In this document: positions 63,675 through 64,000 of the stretch, in pieces
Layout of the letters: the number at the start of each line of letters is the position of its first letter
How positions within the stretch are numbered: the stretch's first letter is position 1
NCBI GenBank assembly: GCA_030390025.1
Contig: CM059432.1
Span: 143,408,001-143,472,000 of the forward strand
DNA length: 64,000 nucleotides
Origin: Squalus acanthias
Lineage: Eukaryota
Direction of reading: 5' to 3'
Notes under the pieces: model-generated
What the model was told of the DNA's origin: nothing
Seen by the model: only the letters and a program-made list of their open reading frames with translations
The model's database searches: none
Position numbers and translations under genes: made by a program

Positions 63675-64000
63675 TAAAAAATAAAAACAGAAAATGCAGG
63701 AAATACTCAGCAGGTCAGGCGGCATCTGTGGAGAGAGAAACAGAGTTAACGTTTCAGGTCGATGACCCTTCGTCAGAACTGGAAAAAGCTGGAGATGGAA
63801 CAGGTTTTTAAGCAAGTGCAGGGGCAGGGAGAGGGGGAAGGGGAGGAAAGAACAAAAGGGAAGGTCTGTGATAGGATGGAAGGCAGGAGAGATTAAGAGA
63901 CATTAAGAGATGGTGCAAGGCAAAAGGAGATGGTAATGGGACAAGTTAAGAAACAAAAGATGGCTCTAGATGAAGTGTAAATGACACTGGCAGAATGAAA
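63675..64000 (-). mobile_element. Penelope-like family B 3' end with hammerhead motif at 63744-63780 (runs off window)
   Basis: Motif identical to 31479-31515; flanks homologous. Confidence 0.85.

Overview
Repeat-rich vertebrate genomic DNA, most likely from a shark or other elasmobranch (inferred from HE1/V-SINE-like and SacSINE1/Deu-SINE-like repeats and abundant CR1 LINEs). Two conserved housekeeping genes sit head-to-head at a CpG-rich promoter (~32.5-33.05 kb). NUDCD1 is on the minus strand, with coding exons 1 and 2 visible around a ~24.6 kb intron 1; the rest lies left of the window. ENY2 is on the plus strand, with four coding exons (36458-47517) and a polyA signal at 47759. Most of the rest is transposon-derived: CR1 and L2 LINEs (one near full-length CR1 with an SGNH-esterase ORF1), tRNA-derived SINEs, Harbinger/hAT/pogo-type MITEs and a decayed Harbinger transposase. 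The most notable signal is two distinct Penelope-like (GIY-YIG) retroelement families. Each carries a minimal type I hammerhead ribozyme motif with a 4-nt palindromic stem III: 7 intact-looking motifs, 1 degenerate copy and 1 truncated copy. One family forms a ~1 kb near-perfect palindrome and a 62-bp-arm hairpin, and all three of its insertions have 12-14 bp target-site duplications (TSDs). Family names come from recall of known proteins and repeats; no search was run.
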